Source: Phoronis australis (taxonomy: Eukaryota > Animalia > Phoronida). Taken from it: DNA of 64,000 nucleotides. The notes below the pieces were generated by a model. It was not told the DNA's origin, did no database searches, and saw only the letters and a list, made by a program, of their open reading frames with translations. Within the stretch, counting starts at the first letter, position 1. Every line of letters starts with the position of its first letter. Of the stretch, positions 35,301 to 50,300 are shown in pieces. The translations under genes were made by a program, and so were the position numbers. Location of the stretch: NCBI GenBank assembly GCA_002633005.1, contig NMRA01000013.1, forward strand, positions 1,908,403-1,972,402. The letters are read 5' to 3'.

Positions 35301-38300
35301 CAGTGGCAATTGCCGTAGTTAGTTGCAACAACACTCATGCTGTTAGCATCACCATTAACTGTATTCTGGTGTCAAAAATCAACTTTCTTTACTTATGTTT
35401 TCTCTTTCAAAAACATCATTTGAATTGAAATTGAATGTTAAATGTCTTGCATTCTTGTGAACTTCAGCTCATGATGGGGATTGAAACTAAGCTGCCGCGA
35501 CCAGCGACCCTAATGAACCTGATGTGAAACAATAACGTTGTGGCAGTTCTGAGTCTAGAAATCATTTCTTAGCAGAAATATGCTATAAGATTAGGCCAAT
35601 TTTGTAATGGTTTGTAGCCAAGTCTTAAGCTGATCTTTGACTGAAAGGGTTGTAATTGTGCCTTATGTACATATTACATACAGGTTAGATAGTTGGTTCA
35701 GTACCGTAATTCTTCTGTCATTTTTCACAAAATGTAACTTATTATTTTCCTAATGATTGGTGTTTGCCAAATAGACTGAATATACAGATTTGTATCAGGA
35801 AAAAAATTGAAACTAATACTGGACTTACATTTCAACTGAGCGACATTGCGTCCTCATCACCAGGACTTTAACTAGCTACTGCCGTGGTGTTGTTTGGCTG
35901 ATGATGTAATCAGTGGGAAATGAAACATAGGGTTAGCACTATCCCATGTCCTGGAGTGCTAATCCGCCTTGGCTATTCAAAGAGGGGTATTCAACAGTTC
36001 CACCGTAGATAGATTTCCTGCACCAATTTTTGTCACGATCCAAAATGCGTACAACACTGTTGTCAAATGAATGTCGTGCAGTTGAGCTATTGAAAGTCCT
36101 CACGATGAGGATGCAGCATCGCTCAGTTGAAATGTGAGTCCAGTATTGGTTTCAACTTTTTTTGCTGATATCTATCAACTGGATGTCAAATATTCACCAA
36201 CCTATACATACTTGTAGTTGAGAGGTGTGAAAAGTTATCTGAGTAACCAAGAATCCAACTGTCTGTACTTGAATTTAACAAAATGAGGCACAGGGGGTGC
36301 CAACACAATCCAATTAACAGTAATTAGATTACTTTATCTTATTCCAATGTAAGAGTACTTTTATTACCCCATCATTGGTGAAGCACTCTTGAGTGTATGA
36401 CTCTGAATGACACTATGCTCATCCTGGTCAGGCTTTATATAGTATTTTCAACAGCATGTGATATGCGTATTCAAGGGAATGAAATAAGTGATGAACACAT
36501 CATGTTCAGACCTTATTAACATAGTTAAAGAAGTGTGTTTTATTAGAATTAATGACCGGGATTTGGATTGATATTGCAAAACCTACTGTGTGGAAAGTTG
36601 GTGAGGAAAGAAATTCCTACGCAGGCAGTAGCCTCAAAATCCTTTCCCATGCCTCCAAAGCCACGGTGTTGCCGAACACGTAACTTTGGTCATGAATCGA
36701 AGTTAACAGCGCAAGTTAACATCCGAAAATAAATACTTTTGGAAAGATAATTTCTAGTTTTCTAGATATTTGCCTAAATACGCATACTTGTCAATAAGGT
36801 CCCACGCAACAATAAAAATTATTATTAAATTAGCATAACTTAGTGAACTGTTTGTGTTGTACAGGGAACACTACACTTTCCACCACTGTCCTTGAAAACT
36901 CGGCCACGGCTCTAATCTCTCTTCTCCAAATAGAACTTAAATTGTTTTTGGAATTTTCCGTTCTACTTTTGTCCAAACTCAAAATAAATGTCTAATATTC
37001 TGCGCTCCAATACAATTTGGTTTATAAATGAGTTGCTAGTCCAAGTGATAATTCCTAGGTATGAGCTAAAAATCCAGATTTCTTGTATAAACTCAAAAAT
37101 TCAAACTTTTAGCCTTAAAGAAGGTGTCATTAAGTGCAAACTAAGATTACGTAGTTATCCACATAAACCATTATGTACTTGGGCTGAGAAAAATAGAAAA
37201 TTTTCTTGAGTTTTCACAAGTGTAGAATGGAAAATGCCAAAAGTAATTTCAAGTTTGAACTGGAGTAGAAGGATTATATGATCGCAGGTCCTGGTGCTCC
37301 TCACAGATTAGTGATAGATCATGGAAAATTGGTATTGTCCACATGGAAAGTATGAGCTGCAAAATACACGGCAATCTCTCATCCCTCAATAGTGTATTTA
37401 AGAAATTGAATTATATTATCTTGTACCTGCATATGTTTGAAAAATTGTAAATTTGATGACTCTAAATGATAACCATTCAACATAAAATTCAGTGACCCTT
37501 AATAAGTGACCAATTTCAGTGACCCTTAATAAGTGACCAATTTCAGCGACCCTTAATAAGTGACCAATTTCAGTGACCCTTAGTAAGTGACCAATTTCAG
37601 TGACCCTTAGTAAGTGACCAATTTCAGCGACCCTTAGTAAGTGACCAATTTCAGTGATTTAATCTAAGTAAGTGGTGCTAACAACAGGAACTTATTTATC
37701 CATTTTGTAGATAGAGCCAGTTATAATATGTAATGCTTTGATTACTAGTGCCCTGTCCTGCTACTACCTAGTGCCTCCAAAATGTAACATTGGCTCAGGT
37801 GGTCATTTTGTTCCGTACATCACCTGCTTGATAATCAAGCCAGGTATCTGTGCTGAGGTGTGATGATACCTTATCTTTCGATATGAATGCCTGATGTTGT
37901 ACTCTTATAATTTGCAAAGCGAAATTTCAGTATCTCCTTGTAGATGCTGTGTCATACACCTGTATGGTACGCAAAAGATTTGCATTTGTGCGGAAACTCG
38001 ATTCTTATTCCACAGGTTGTTGTATCACGGTTCTTGCCTTTTTTTCCTGACTTTCTGCCCTGTCATCTTTTCTGTTCCCGCCCATTAACAGTTGTTTGTA
38101 ACCTTAGCACCCCACTGAATGTGCACTTACTCTTGCTTCTGCTTAAAATTTCCCTGGTCGAAATTTAACATTTCAAATTGAAACCAGGAGATCCTGCGCG
38201 AAACGTAGAATCGGTCACTTGCTTATTGCGTGGCTTTGGATCTGCTAATCGACTGGAAAAATCCAGATATATTCGAATTACAAATGTGTGATAACTGTTT

Positions 38301-41300
38301 ATTGTCCCGTTAACTCTTATCGTTGAACAACTGACGATATTATAATTGTGGTCCTTAATCCACTTTACTCATAATTTTTGCAAATTTCAACCCAAAATTA
38401 ACCTCGTATTTTGTCCCGTTCTATTGACGGAATCGCTGGCCGAGGGTTTGTTTGTTGAAAAGTGAATTTAGACTAAGGAAAGAAATTTCATCTCATGTGC
38501 CACAAAATATTTCAAAAAAATATTTTGCCTGGGCAAATGAACAAGATCTGTGCTGTACATTCAGTTACCTAAATTTTAATTGTGATTTTGATACCTCCTG
38601 TTAAGAATATCTTCATTAGATTATTGACCAATGAATGCATTAATTTGCCTGTTGCATTTTGACATCTGGTGACTAGCTCATACCTGGAGGCAATATCTTT
38701 AGTTTCAGTATTTTGGAGTTAATTAAAGTCTTGGTATTTTTTCATTATTTATAAACTTGCAGTCAACGTTTGAAAACTGGAAAATGACCCGTTTTTACTT
38801 TTATGCGAAATATCAGAAGACTCATTCATCAAACTGTATACCTGCATTGGTCGCCAGCCATTCTCTCCTACTGCAGGATTATTTATCAAGTGTTGTGGCT
38901 AGACTTTGCCCTGATATAATAATTTTTAGCTCAAAAGTGAGTGTTCCAAGCACTTTAAACTGTTGGCAAATGTCCATGACCTCTTGGTCACTGATACAGT
39001 GCGTAGTACATACAGGTCTCAAACTGAGAGTTGCGGACTAAAGTCATATGTAGCAATGCGTCACGCCAGAAAATTAATGCAAACTTCAAACTAGATTGTG
39101 ACCAGGTATCTTTAAGAAATTTAATTTCGTTTTTCAATTGCTCATTTTACGTAATGTATATTCTGACATTTTCGCTACACACAAGTCGTGTACTTCAGAC
39201 TGTATTCTAGCTATGTTCAAAGTAAAATTTTCTTCCTGTGTTTTTGATGAAATAAAACTTTGTCATTCTGCCCCAGTGTTTTCTAAAGTGAAGACACTTC
39301 AAGTTCACTGTTGCCAGTTATTATGAATTTATTGCGCGAAAGCGGAATTATGTAAATTTTAGACTGCTAACTTTCTATTTTAATACCGGCAACGACACAG
39401 TTACTATGTAGTGACATCTAGTGGTGTAATCGTGATCTTGGAGTGACGCGCTTTTGAGAAGGTCAAATTTCCCATGATGTGTTGTTGTTTGAAACCAAAT
39501 TAGTGATACGGCAATTTTTCTCTCATCGAAAACACATTGGGTTCAAAATGAACAATTAAAAAAAGACATTCAACAATATAATTTTTTGTGTAGAAGCAAA
39601 AATGCTAAAGTAAGAGTTAATCAAAATCCAGAAAAAATGGTTACATAAGAAAATCAATAAACCAGAAAATATAATTGAAACCAAGTAATATCGCGAAATG
39701 AAATTCATCAGTTCTTGTAAGGATTCAATCATTTGGAGATGCCTTCTCAGTATTGTGTAAATTTGATATGTTCCTAACTTTTTTGCTGATTTGTAATAAT
39801 CATGGACAAAAATACAAGTTAGTTTAAAAAGAAATCTGTTGTGTGACAATGATATTTTACAGAAAATATTAAATATCCAAATGTCGGCTAGTTCAATACA
39901 CATTTCGGCTAGTTCAATACACATTTAGCATTCTTACCCTGTAAATCTCAAAATCTGGTACAGCGCCAGAAGCACTCATTCTAAGCTTTGTTTTGAATCT
40001 CTCTCCATCCCTCCTTCCCTCTCTCCCTCNNNNNNNNNNNNNNNNNNNNNNNNNNNNNNNNNNNNNCCCTCCCTCCCTCCCTCCCTTCCACCCTCCTTCG
40101 GCCAAACAAAATAATTAGGAAATCAATGACAGTGTTTTTTTTGAGATTTTATCTTGAGCATTTCTATGAAACGAAATTTGGCCGTGTTATTGATACCGTT
40201 GTATTTCTATGAATTTACGTTTCTCGTTTGCTGAAAATACATGGTTACATGACCCAATAGATGGCAGATTGGTATAAAGTCAAAAATCAAATTCCACAGA
40301 CTTTTTACTTTGAGAAAATTTGTATTTTTACTGAGTTGAATGTTATAAGTTTTGTAGATATTTGGCTGAATTCATGGACTTGTTGATAAAATTCTATGCG
40401 GTCATTTTTGAATGACAGTTTAAGATCTACTCCTCGGTCGTTAAGTGCTCCAAAAATTAATAGGTGAAACAAAATTGTTAGAAATCATTATCTGCCAAAG
40501 TCAGGCATTAAATGCAGCTCTTGATTAAGGCATAGTAATCATTTGAGTCTATGGGTGCTTATGCAGTTGATAAAATTATTTTGCTTTGCTTCTTCAGAGG
40601 TACCATGAAGTACCTGCAGTACAACCATTTAACATGCTAGTCTTCAATGAATAGGAACCCCAGAATTCCTACCAGGACTGGTCAGACCATCGGACGTTTA
40701 GCCCTGTCTAGGACCTCCTTTAAATAGCTACATTTTATGGATTTGGATATTTTATTTTAATGTACTGAGGGCCAACTAACAGTCTTAGGGCAGCTTTGCA
40801 CATTTTTTGGATTTGAGGTTGTAAACACTGCACCTCTGTTGTCTAGGGTTGACTGTACATTGCAATACTTATCACAATGGTTACTATGATATTATTTTGT
40901 AATGTTTTGTTGCGGTGTTTTACAAGTTCTCCAAAAGAGACTAATATTGAAGCAAGAGAAATTACAGGAAGCAGGAAGCTACTGCAAATGTAATACGTAA
41001 TACATTTAAAAACTGTGATTGCAAACAGTCGTAATTTCCAGCTAGTGTATTTGATGTTTTAGCAGAACACTTGTGATTACCTAACCTAGATTGTAATAAT
41101 CTGAAGACCTAACAATTGACCAAGTTTTTCAATCTTTCATGGCACAGTGAAGGCTTCTCAATTTCAAGTCTTCTCTAAACATATCTTTGATGGGATATCA
41201 TCCATCTTTATTTCAACTTCCTGTGTTGAATCTGGCGCAGGCTTGATTGGGTTAGTCTTACCCTGAGCTTGTCGGACTCCACACAGTTCACATTGTTGTT

Positions 41301-44300
41301 GTGTTTCAGCAGAAGGCGGAAACCACAGCTATCAAAGTGATGAGGGGAAATCACAGTTATCAATGTGATGACTCTTTAGTTTAGACTTGTTGCTGATATA
41401 AACATGCCTCAATGTCAACCTTTGAGAAATAAACATTGTCTGATTTGGCATTGTACTATGTTGCATTTTCCCATGTATATTGTCCATAATTTAAGAAACA
41501 TGGGTTGTATTTTAAAACCTTTAGTTAGCCTCTAATGCTGTGTCTTAGTTGGAAAGATTTTCCAGTTATAAATTTTTTATGCACCCACAGTGACATACGT
41601 ATTTGGGTGCTTATTGCTGCCATCTCTGTGTGGGCATGCGTCCGTCTGGGCGCCTGAGGTCCGGACTACTGTCTGGTACTGTATCTCCTAAACCTCTTGC
41701 AGGTTCTTGATGAGATTTTGCAGATAGATCTCTATCAAGCTGATGGCAGGTGAAATTTAACAAATAGGTTTCTATTATTAAGCAGATGATGTGCATATTC
41801 CCGTTTTTGGACGGACTGCGCTACCTAGTGTCAGTTTTTATTATTTACAAGTCTTATGTTTCGGCGTCAAAGGATCTTCTTTTGAAGATTGGCTTATGCA
41901 CCAGGCAGATCTAACTGCCACGGTACTTCCTTATTTGGCAATATGATTATTTTGCATTTACCTCTGTGTCTTCAGAGTTCCTTGACAGAATTTCCTAAAG
42001 TTTGGTAGAAAATAAATCTGAAACTAAATAAGACGATCCAGATCCTCCCAAGGATACTGTTATTTCACGAAATGTAGAATATAAATAGGTAAATAAAACA
42101 ACAAGAATGGATCAACTGAAATTTTCGGATGTATTAACGTCCTTTGTCAACAGAAACAGAAATAATGTAAAATCAAACACTATATGACAATTGACATTTA
42201 AGATATGGTGTAATGAATATGATACATTTTTGCGTTCTAAAATTTGGCAAATGGGTTTCTAGAAAACAATTCCTTTCTATTTATGGAGGTATTAGGCATA
42301 TTTTGCATCACTTAGTGGCTACTGTTGTTATAACCAAGGCTGTTTTTGGTGTCTGTCTCTGTCTCCATCAAACTGCTTATAGGGTCATTAACCCTCTTGC
42401 TGCCAGAGCCCATGGTGACCCACATAACCTCCGGTGCCAGGCATTATAAAGCACCTTCTAGTGGCCATGTTATGAACTACTAACTTGTGCTTTTAATTAG
42501 TCATTTTTCAATTGATGATCATTATTTTTCAAATTACCATTGATACTGTGAGTAGAGCATAGATTTATCTTGTTGAATATTTCAGTTATATAAAACTCAT
42601 TTGTTTTTTCAGAGTAGGGGCCTTGGAATCAAAAGACCCTTGGATAGAAATCTAAACATGCGTGTATTTTGGTGACAAAAATCAATTTATATGCTTCATT
42701 AACTATTTTACAAGGTCTTAACTTGTTTTTCTTACGTTTCAGAAAGTATCTGTGGACCTGGACAAGAACTAACAGTTTTTTTCTAGGTTTTAACACCAAT
42801 AAACGATATTGATAAAATCAAGGTCTAATTGAAGAAAATCATTGAACTCATACTTTACATGTTTATTATTTGAAAAACTGAATCAACAAATTCATTTATG
42901 AACGTATATACATGTTTACAAAATTAACAAGAAGTTAGAGTATAAGAATAAACGAGTTATTTTAATAAAGTAACTGATTTAGACACAACTAACAAGTTCA
43001 GTCCTTTTTTATCCCAGGTGTTCAGTTCAGTCCTTATTACTCAACATTGTTTACAAAATGTAACAAACCATTGATCAACAGAAACTTATTTTGTGACATA
43101 ACTAATAAGAAAAAATCGTTTGAAATATCGTGGAAGTGTTCTAATGGTAATGTACAAATGGTTTTCACAAGTCCCATAGATATCGTCCGGTGACACGGGA
43201 GCCCAGCCTTGCAAACGCGAGTGTCATGATAACGGCTGGTTTTTCGCGACTATTGATCCGCGGAAATGTTCGTCTGGGTGCAAATCATCCTCATAAAATC
43301 CTTATTGAAGAAAAGTTTGAGGTTTAGTATCCACTAAAATCACGCGAATCCCTGGAACTTCAGTGAACTCCAGACACTGCGATCGAACAGGTAAGTTACT
43401 TGGGTCAGCCACCCATTCCTCGGGTAAAACGTCGCCACCGTTCTCAACAACGGCATCCAAGTCAGCGTCCCTCATAAATCTTCTAAAGTAAAACCTTCAT
43501 ACTCCTTGTCTCTATCAAAATCGTTCGTAAAAATCGTATAAACCGCATCTGAATAACTATAGTCAAACTCGTTCGTCATGTTTACTATCTCAATAAGCGT
43601 GGATTTTGACTCGCGAATCACGTGTGCTTTGACATCGTTGGAAGCCAAATTTTTCACTGAATGCTTTGTAAAACGAAATTTGATTGGCTTAGCCACATTT
43701 TCTTGTGGGTGTGCCTTCAAAACCGACGCCAATTGGCTAAAATCTGAAGGGTATCATGAGGCTGTTTTCTGGGTCACATGGTTGCAAATATGCGACTACG
43801 GCACTGGTAAGGGATAAAGTTGTTGTCGCAGAATTGCGACCACGGCAGTAAGAGGGTTAAAAGTGATGTTTTCTACTGAAAATAGCACGACAGACATTGA
43901 TTTTGAGATTTGTTGTGACTACCATGGTGCCACCTGGCGGCAATTTTTGTATCCTCAGCTGTATCTCCTAAACCTCTTACAGGATATTTGTGAAATATGA
44001 CCATTGCCTTCCTATGAACATGGCAACAGATGACTACTTCTTAGGGACAATCCGTCTACCAATGTGCCTCATAATGGGAGTACTATTGTTACGTTTGCCT
44101 CTGTATCATCGGAGTTCCTGGACGGATTTCCATGAAGTTTTACAAATAGGTGTCTGTGAGGACGACAACAAGGCCTGTCCATTTTTGGAACAGGTTTAAC
44201 GTATTTCGCACACCTAGTGTCCTTTTTTGATACTAAACTAATGATCATCCATAGAAGCATACCGTTTGCATTGCAGTCGTGGGCTCGTTTCAACACAACA

Positions 44301-47300
44301 TTATTCTTGTTTATCATAATGAAAGGTATACATAGTTAAAAAGGTTTCTAACTCTAGTTTCGGACTGTACCTGTTACCCGGGGTGTAATGTTTAGTATGG
44401 TAGTTGAACATGCATAGGATCGAAAATCAAGTATCTGGATACAATTCACAATGGAGTAATTAAAACTTGGTTATTGTTACCGTTTGTGCCCTGAGGCAGC
44501 TCTGCGCTCTGAAGAAAAAATTAAATCTGAGCGTGTAGGTTGTCTGAATAAGATACCTTTTTCAAACATGATCTGTCCTCGTAGGCCCGCCGATCTGCCT
44601 TTTCACCATGAGGGGCTATTTTTGGATGATGTAACTTGTGGTTAGGTCCAGTCCAATCATGGTTGTCATAATTAGTGACTTGGTTAGAGGATCTGCTTGT
44701 GACAGTTGTGTTAAGACTTGCATTAAGCTCAAACTAAAGTGAATGTCCACATACAGACTTACACTTGCACTAGTGCAACTTGCACCTCTTTTAAGTGGAG
44801 CATCCCCCACACACACACTCGCATCCCATAACTAGTGCAGGTTACAAGTAGTTGCTTTGCACATGACAATGAACTGCTGATATGAACACGGCAAAGAAGA
44901 CTGTGTGTAACTGTAGCAGATACCAGACAGTAATTACCTCTCCCTTGCGCCAGGTTTGTAGCCACACATCCATTGGAAGTGGCTCAAGTTAGAACAGCGA
45001 GTTACCCTACCTCAATAACATGGAGTAAGTTGCTACAAGGGGGTGAGTTGCACTAGTTTAAATAGCGCCCAGGCAGTTCCAAATCTAACCACAAGTCTGA
45101 TCCAGGAGTAAGTTGTTCTAGGGTAAGTCTGTGTGTGGAGGCACTATAGATGTGCTGGTCTGCTAACTGATGTGGTCTGATCAACCATCTGATGAAAGTT
45201 CACTTGTGAACAATATTCCAGACCACTGGTGCCTGGCATTTTCTCACTCTCCACAGTGTGGCTGAAAAATGTGTTGCTAGTTGAGTCAGTGAAGCATTTC
45301 AAATATGCAGACATAAATGACCAGTGTTTGTCACTGGATACCAACAATTTGACATCAACTACTGGTAAGCCCATGTCTGTGTGTATTGTGTCGTGCAGAG
45401 TGATAGTGGTAGTCACCTACCCTTGAATTAGAAGAGAAAAAATTGCTTACGATTATCCTAAAAGAAAAAAAGTTGTGGGTAATGAGATGGAATTTGGGGT
45501 TTTCAAAAGGTCAGAATCTGCAGAAATTTTGGGTGGGTGTTAAACCAATCATGAATGTGTAGCAGGATGTGTATGTAACACACGGTACACGCAACGACTG
45601 CAAAAATTAAAATTTTAGTTTTGCCACGTAGACGTTGGGAAGTCACTTTTCTGAAAAAGGCCTGTTGTTTTGAACCTTGCCAGTTTTTTGAGGAGCAAGA
45701 TTTCTTAATTTTTGTCTCCGGTGCATAAATATTTTACGCTATTCAACCCTCGAGGCTAAGCAAACTGAGAAGTTGAAAGGCATTTCCGGTTTTAAGCAAA
45801 CTTAACAAGTAAGTTGCGAGCATTTTTATGCATCCTTTTACAAAATCTTGAAGCAAAATTGGCAAAACGAATTGTATTTTTCAAGTCTTTGATATCTGCT
45901 CGATAAGCGTTCCTAAAATTTTTGGCGACTAAAACCAGAACTTTTGGTGTGCCAAGCTTTCCTTGGCATTCTATATCGACGGTACCCGTATGAATCAAAT
46001 TTGGATTATTATTATTGGTATGGTGCCAATTTTCAAAGACTTCTAATGCTTACTCATCTCATATTCACGCTAATTACTACACTGTGTCCTACATGATTAT
46101 TTTCTCTGTTTCACTTTACCTCCTGATGGTTCCAGGCACTCCATGTTGCATTTTTTAACCAACAAGTTATTTCAGTTCACCATTGTGGCTGTACAATATT
46201 TGTTCAGATGTTACAGGAGATGTCGTCTCCTTGTTATCATGTAACACTATCAAGCACAGGCATGAGAAAGCTTGATCAGTCCTTAAGCTGATTGCAGTAA
46301 TCTCAAACCTCAACATATTCACTGATACTGCTGTGTCATGTAGTGCTGTAGATTTTGCCTGCATTTCGACCCATGCATACAGCCTGTATATGAAATTTAA
46401 GCACCTCTATGTGAAACAGAGAAGAGACCGTTTTTTAAATTATTTTGTGAGTTAAACTTTACCCGTTTGCGATGAAATCAGATAGGTGTTGACGTGTCTT
46501 CGTAATTGAGCATTTAACAATAAAATATTAGGTGAAAAATACCAAAAATTAGATTTAAATGTAAAAACACAATTTTAAGATATGCACGTATATGTTCTAG
46601 GGAAAGTCACTTGCTTATGTAAGTGGGGCATTTAACTAAATTTGCATTGTGTGAAACAATAGCAAAAAATTCTTTGAAAAAGTACATAATTTCGGATGTC
46701 GGCACATAGTTCTAAATGTGCGTACATGGACTACAGTGAGTGAAACCTATTTAGTCCTTAGTTTCGTAAGGCCGATATTAAAAACAAAACTGCCTGGGTG
46801 TGTTGTTTAAACACTCTGGTATTTCTATGGTAATACCTCAAATCTTTGTGAGGTCGGCATATGCTGTTTTGTCTTCTGGGGATATAGTTTCCTTGGCAAT
46901 ATGTGGTATAGGGTTTTTGAAACATTTCAAACAGGATTTCTGATGCGACTTAAAATAGACATCGAAATTTCTGTGTTTAATGTGTGAGCATCTTCTGATA
47001 ACTGATCACGTACCTGCTGGAGGCTACGTCGTTATCTTGTGTCGTCTCATATCCCCCGGTTCTTTCTAGCCACCCCTCCCCCTAGATCTGTCAGCCTGTC
47101 TGATCCTCCCTTCTCCTTTTCCATGTCAATAGACTTTTTGGTTATTATATGGCCAGCCTTCAGTTGTCAGTCAGTTGCACAACTGGTTTTACAGGGTTAC
47201 TGCCATAAAAGTACACGTGTCATGTCAATCAGAAGGGTGACTTTTTCGCTATCAGTTTCCCTATTGAAATGGGGCTTTTTCTGACAATATTATGTACTAA

Positions 47301-50300
47301 TCCCATGAAAAGATGCCCTTTCTGATAAAAGTCGCTGCAAAAGAGTTTACTTTTGAGTTCAAAACTATCCAAAGATTTCTTTTTCCAAGTAAATAGATCT
47401 GCTAAAGTTTTGTTTTTTTGCAAAAGATGTTCTCATTTTTGCAGCATGACATCTTGTAATGTTTCTCCGTAAATAGTTTATAAATTCAGCTGTCTAAGAC
47501 TCCCTTAGGTTGATGGAATCATAAAGGAGTGGTGTTTTCAGAACAAAGCCCTGACAGTGTGACTTAATGAAAGTTGCTTACACTTGTGACCATATTTAGG
47601 TCTGCTCTCTAAATGGGTGGGCATCCTAATGCTTCAGCTGCACCCCCGTCAAAAATATAGTCTTATACCCCCCATGGCAATACAGTGTTTCCTTAGTGGG
47701 ACTCTCTTATGTGAAAAAGGTAATGTGGTGTCAATGAACATTCAACATTTAATCAATGAAAACCAGGGGAACTGTGGAAAGGTAGAGGGTTGAAAGTCCT
47801 ACCTCGCCTAAGACCAATATCCTACTGGGATTGTTGAGTTGTTTCTGTTCCCTGTGGCCTATTTGATGGTGATAATCCAGCACCATCTGTTCAAGTGGTG
47901 AACTGCCATTAGCACCTTGCTTATAGTGTCAATAGTGTGACTGTTTTGTTTTAAAAAGAAGTGTTCAGAACCTCCTTGTAATTTTGAGATAAAAGACTAG
48001 TACCAATGCTGGTGCGATGACTTTTCTTAACGCCAGTTCGTGTGACTGCACCCTCTAGTCCAAGGGACCAAACGTAATGTGGCTAAATGTCTGATGTATG
48101 TCACAAGCAGTCCTTGTTCCAGTTTTTGGTTTATTTTTAGTGCATTGGAATTAATTTTTCTAGAAGTAAACAGGTTGTCATTCTTGACTGCAGAACTTAA
48201 TGTTCAACTCATAAGTGCCAAAGGTATAAAATTCCCCGTGTGAGAACATCGGAGTACCTTCAAAAGGGCTACTTTGTGAGCTGCTTCATCCTCTTCGGTC
48301 TGAAATCATAATAAGAATTATAGTTTATGTGAATGCAATCCTTATGATTCATGCTTTTGTTAAGTGGACTCGACAGTTTTATATTACATTAAGTTAGGAA
48401 ATTATCACTATAAGACCCTTTGTAAGCCTGGAGTGATGGTTTTGTTTCATGAACGAAGAGAAACAGCTTTCATACATGGAAAACTATGGAAAGTGGAAAG
48501 TCTTGGAAAATTTCCTACTAAGTTTAAATATGAAATTCTCATATTAAGAGTATATGCATTCATTACGCCTGGTAATGAATTCTGTAACATGTATTCGTAT
48601 TTGTGGGAGAAATAACTGGTGGAAAATGACTGTTGTGTCCTGGAATAAGTATCAGCTTCTGAAGTATTGAAATTACGTTTAAAATCTAATTCCGTGAAAG
48701 AAGTTTGAGCCAGTGAATTCATCTTTCTCTCGTTATCGTAGAAAACTAGGGCCTCTAGTAGTGTTTAACTATGAACTTGCACTTCACAATGGTAAATTTA
48801 TAGCACTAAGTTATAAGTGCGCTTGTCCTTTTGTTTTGGAAGTGATGTTGCTTTTAGCTGAATTACGCTGTAAGTTCGGAACTTAATAATTGTAAAAATT
48901 GGCCTTTTTTCATATTTTTTCAATGGCTTGCTTTGTGCTAAAATGACATCCTGCAATAACTGATACACTTGACAGTATAAAAATCATGCACTCAATCTTT
49001 ATCATCATTTGAACTGTTGCCACACAGCAGTTGTTTACTTGGGTACTAATATTGCATTTTCCCAAATATTAGGTTAATGTTGTTATTGCCAGTTTGACCT
49101 GAATTTTATGACCTGAATTTTTTGACCTCACATCTAAGGAATGATGATGAGTTACTACAGCTTACATTGGAAAAGATTTGCAAATCTTCTATTTTTTTCG
49201 CGTTATCAGGGATAATTAGTCCCTTATTCCGTAATTGTTAAGGCAGAAAGTTCTTCCATGAAGTGGAGCCACCTAGTGGCCAGTATGAAAGTTAGGCAAG
49301 GTTGCAGTTGTTGATTGATAGACCAACTGGATCCCCACTTTGAAAGCCACAAATACTGTTGGGAATGGACTGTTATGAAGCTGAGATATTTTAAGGTGTT
49401 TCCTGACAATCAACATGTTGCACTTGTTGGGATACAAGCATTTGTTGGGTATTTTTTCATAGTTGGAAGTAATTCCTTCACTGTAGTGACCTGTGTTCAA
49501 TACACAGACTGTACAAACAAAAAGTAATAGTGATTCACCCAGCCCCATAATTGGCTTATATTTCAGTCATGATATCAAGATGTATTTACAAGTTCTTAAC
49601 TATGCTTATGTATAGCAGGAACTCAATGACAATGCTATTTTAACGTAATCTACGATAAACAAAGTGCAGTAGTATTCATTCAGACAACTTTCAAAAGTGA
49701 AAACAAAAAGTTCTGTAAATATGTGACCTTTGCACTAATGACATACCTTGCCGGGTCACATAGCCCCATCTTGCAGTCTTATGCTCCAGCATCACGTTAC
49801 GATAATTACTGAGCATGGTTCAATGATTCGCAGCAGCTCATTTATCGTTCTTAAAAACATTTGGCAATTTTCATCCTTCCTCGTATTCACATCGTCTCTT
49901 ATTTTGCCAAGCAATCACAGAGATAAGGAATTAGCCTGCAAGTTCCACTTTAAACAAAAAAAAGAAGCAAACGTATTCCAACAGAAAGTAAGTAATCTTA
50001 TGAAATCGACTCCAATTTATTGTGCACCCTTTTCATGCATTTCCATGTGACGTGAAATTGTCAGACACTAGCATTACTTGCATGGCAAACTTCATGTTTT
50101 TTGAATAATTGATGTTGTATGAAGCAGACCTCTGTCTGGCTGATCAGTGCTCTAAGTGATTGACTACCCAACTGTTGGGTGAATGACCGCCATTGATTTC
50201 TCATTACTTACCTTGTCTGGCCAATTGTCATCTAAGCTTTCAAGATGGTCAATTATGAAGCAATCTTTCTTGCAGTCTTATAATTCTATTTGACTGTGGC

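Noticed and set aside
37485-37656. 27-bp repeats of CRISPR-like length
   Set aside because: The units are head-to-tail with no unique spacers, sit in a eukaryotic intron and have no cas genes nearby. This is a minisatellite.
43929-49282. CTCF-like motifs (GCCACCTGGCGGC at ~43929, GCCACCTAGTGGC at ~49268)
   Set aside because: These short motifs cannot be distinguished from repeat-derived or chance matches without ChIP or conservation data.
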